From Selaginella moellendorffii (Eukaryota; Plantae; Lycopodiophyta), in the NCBI RefSeq assembly GCF_000143415.4, contig NW_003314279.1, positions 206,831 to 270,830 of the forward strand: 64,000 nucleotides of DNA, given 5' to 3'. The translations under genes and the position numbers were made by a program. Under the pieces are notes generated by a model. The model saw only the letters and a list, made by a program, of their open reading frames with translations, made no database searches and was not told where the DNA came from. Below, in pieces: positions 60,586 to 64,000 of the stretch (within the stretch, counting starts at the first letter, position 1; each line of letters begins with the position of its first letter).

Positions 60586-61770
60586 TGAAAACAAAACAAC
60601 CATATACATTGCTAAAATTAGGCTGAACTAAGATATAATGTTCATGAATTAAAGCATAATTAGAGCTAGGATGCAATTAGGTTGTGCCATTAGTATGCAC
60701 TGATTAAGATTGATTGCAATTATGATTTCAATCAGGATTAAGCATCCATTAGGATTTAATTGAATGCAATTAGGATTGAGATTAGGATTAAGTATCTCAT
60801 GATTAGATTGCAATTATGTTCTTAATGAGGTTTCAAAAGAACCTCCTTTAAATTCCACTTCAAATCAAGCTACTACTACAATATTGGAGAACTTGATATA
60901 ACAAAATCAAAATAATGATAAAGGTAATAAGATTAATGTTTTTTTATAGAAAAACTCATTGATGTTTAAAGGAATAAGTGTTTCCCCAGAAATTATCTCA
61001 ACTTAAAAAATCCATCCCCAATTATTCAGAATTTTTTAAAGATTCTGAATAGTAATATTTGGTCATTTACTTTTTATTATTTTAAATCTTTAATAAAGTC
61101 TTTAGTTAGCATTGGAATATTTAAATATGAGACAATGAATGTAAATAAAGATCTAGTGTTATTTTTTTTGTTAGTGCCACAACAATTAGTTAAACTTTAA
61201 AAAAAATACATCTTAAATATGAATATTTTTAAAGTGAAGCTTGTGTAAAACATCTTCAATGTCTATCTAACATAGACTTAGCAAATATATTTAATGGTAA
61301 ATCTATCTCTATATACTTTTAATTATTTTTTATTTATTTATTTTACAAATAAGCAAACAAACATAAAATAATATATTATATTAGTAGAAGAAAATTATGG
61401 TGAGTGTTATAATTTAATGTTTTGATATTAAAAATTATTTATGCTTTTAAAGATAACATACATAGTGGATTTGAAATATTTATATAGAATTTATCTTATT
61501 TTGAAACAAAGGAAACCATTCTATTTACTCATAAAGATGAAAAACCAAATAGATGTAACTATTATTTGTTACTGTTATTATTATATTAATTATTTTATTA
61601 TTTATTTAATTAGGTGGTATGGAAAGAAATAAAATATTAGATAAAAGAGCATATACCATTTAGTTTAAGAGTTGGTATAAAGTTTTAAAGTATTTGTTTT
61701 TATCATTATGCTAACTTTATTTTTAGAAACCCAATCAAACTGGAATTCCTTATCTTTGAAACAAGTTTGT

Positions 61771-61771
61771 T

Positions 61772-61818
<47 letters not shown>

Positions 61819-61840
61819 ACACACACACACACACACACAC

Positions 61841-61883
<43 letters not shown>

Positions 61884-61945
61884 CACACATATATATACAT
61901 ATACATACATTTAATATACATATATACATATATATATATATATAG
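61771..61945. repeat. Compound microsatellite (TA)n(GA)n(CA)n(TA)n in an AT-rich block
   Basis: Direct observation. Confidence 0.95.
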
Positions 61946-62959
61946 ATAAAAGGTTGTAATAAAATTTTTCTTAGGTTGAGAATTATAACTATAAACTTCT
62001 TGAGGTTGCAGAGGAAGAGGCAATAAGAATGATGAAAAATTTGTGGAGAGCAAATATACAGGATTAAAATAAATTTTTTGGTTAGTATGTTTAAATTATG
62101 GAGAGTGGGGAAGGGTGCACTGTCATGGATGATTATGGAGACAAGGATGGTAATGGTAGTGGAGTTGAAATGCATTGTTCATCCCACTTGTTGGCATCAC
62201 CACCACACTTGAGTGCCATGGCAGTTCAGCATCTATCAATACAATGGTGAGTGGAAGGGTTTTGCAAGGCTTGAAAAAGGGCTACCCTATTCTTCATGTG
62301 TTTGTGAAGTTTACATGGCTTGTTGTGCCTCCAGCAACTTATTAATAGAGAGATTTCCATCTCCAAATCTCATGGCAAAGCCCTAGTGCAATTTGGCACT
62401 AGGAATGAAAGCAAAGATCAGTCATGTAGTGATTGCTGGGAGGAGTAATTGGTGGCAACAACCATGATGGGGCTGTCATGGATAACAGCTCACAACAATA
62501 TATTTTCTAGTTTATCACTATTATAATTGACTTAAAATTTAGTCAAAATAACTACTGAAAATAATGACTACATATTTTTTGTTTTATAACTATTATAAAT
62601 GACTTAAAATTTATTCATAAATTGCAACTACAAATGTCAACTTAATAAAATTTCTATTTTGACTTTAAATCTTAAATTTATAAAACTATTGTGTCTTAAA
62701 TTATAGTTACAAATATCAACTGTAAATAATAACAATCTGAATGTAATGCAATAACTCTGGACGAGTATAATATCTCTCTCTGTCTCAATTCTTCCTGCAA
62801 GAAAAAAAAATGCTCCAACTTTTACATTTGACGTTTTTGCTGGATGCTCTCCACGTGCACAACTTTCTGGGCGATCCATCAAAGGCCAATTTCTGCAGAT
62901 TCCTACAGGTCTTAGAGGAACGAGGAATGACTGCATGGCTCTTCGGAGCTACGGACTCT

Positions 62960-63795
62960 ATATTTATCTATCTCAAGCACAAGTACTATGAAAATCATTA
63001 GCATTATTTGGCTTGGGTTGGGTATTGGATTTTCAAGGGTAAGTTGCCAACAGACCGTTGGCATTAGCCTTGTTTGATCGGTGCTGACCCGTTACTTAGC
63101 AAACTTAGTTGGTTTGAGGCAAAGGCTCTTCTTCTTCAATATCAAACTCTTGCTGTGGGTAGAGCATATACTGATTTTGCTCCATTGATGACTATATCAG
63201 ACAAGACCTTTGCCATGTTGATTAAGGCACTTGGCAGGTAACCTTTCACTCAATTTAGTGAGGAGTTTACTCTTTGCGCTTTTGTAATGTGGGCCTGCAA
63301 AGGACAGAAAGGTGGTCCAGCCCGACAATGTGATAGTTATTCCGCATCTGTTATTAGTTACCAGGTAGATGAATCATCCCAGATTTATGTTTTAGCTTTA
63401 CAAGTTAATAGACATCATTGCTCAAGCGAAGGGAATGAAAGTTCCATTGCATTGTCCAGCATTAGAAAGCACTGTTTCCCGGTTACTGATAATTCTTGTG
63501 AGAGAGAGCCGTGTTCAACTTTAGGGTCATTCCATGGCGATGGCGAACGAGAAGAAGGTTTGGGCATCTGGTTTCCTTCGTGAAGCGGCTACTGAAGGAG
63601 GGACATCACGTTGTCGGGGTACTTAGGCTAATCGATTCTATTTAGGAATTGCTTTTCTTGTTTGTGCGAGCTTCCGGGGGAGAGAAAGAAGGCCGACCTT
63701 GTCACGGAATTAGGCGCCTTTGACGATATTGTCCAAGTTTTCCATCTCGGACTTTCAGCTACAAGGAGGTAACTTTGCTTGACTCCTTCGATTCA
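62960..63795 (+). pseudogene. Deletion-riddled duplicate of PGDH, the intergenic spacer and the reductase 5' part
   Basis: 63293-63349 matches PGDH 53238-53293; 63415-63550 matches 54247-54395; 63765-63793 matches 54718-54747. Weaker matches upstream (gacaagacctttgcc, ttgattaaggcacttg). Confidence 0.85.
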
Positions 63796-64000
63796 ACAGC
63801 TCTCTGCCAGCTATGGCCTAGTCTTGTATCCCGAACTTTTACTGGCAGCTTCCTGTCCAAGACGTAAGTTGTAAGTAAGAAGCTTGAAAAAGGAAATTTG
63901 AGTAATCCCGAGCACCAAATCGCGGGAGCCCTGTTACATTACAAGCGTAAGTATAAAGTAAGAAGCTTAAGCTACCTCCTTGGTGAATGTCGGCGCTCTG

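Overview
This is eukaryotic, intron-containing land-plant DNA, so most of the ORF track is exon fragments or antisense noise. Dense genes, 45-100 nt introns, several PPR relics and A-type P450s fit a compact non-seed-plant genome such as the lycophyte Selaginella (inference only). 1-22 kb: 3' end of proteasome alpha-7, two Mn-CDF/MTP8-type transporters, a TBC RabGAP, a secreted Cys-rich Mid1/NALF-like gene, VPS54, two germin-like genes and P450 copies. 23-34.6 kb: AT-rich, CpG-depleted LTR-retrotransposon relics with two N gaps. 34.7-39 kb: a duplicate of the P450 block, carrying a 275-bp TRIM with tRNA-like LTRs. 41-55.7 kb: an uncharacterised gene, EXO84B, a polyol transporter, PAS1, U6 snRNA, PGDH and a TKPR/DFR-like reductase. 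56-64 kb: a B3 gene among pseudogenes and fragments (RAD54 exon, PCC13-62, PPR with a tRNA-like solo LTR, eroded PGDH-reductase copy). Best leads: (1) a 7-exon plant gene with the fungal Mid1/animal NALF cysteine signature; (2) two different tRNA-bearing miniature LTR elements; (3) two homologous candidate first exons of one MTP gene, the upstream one behind five clustered GTAC (SBP/copper-response-type) cores. Exon boundaries were read by eye and no searches were run.
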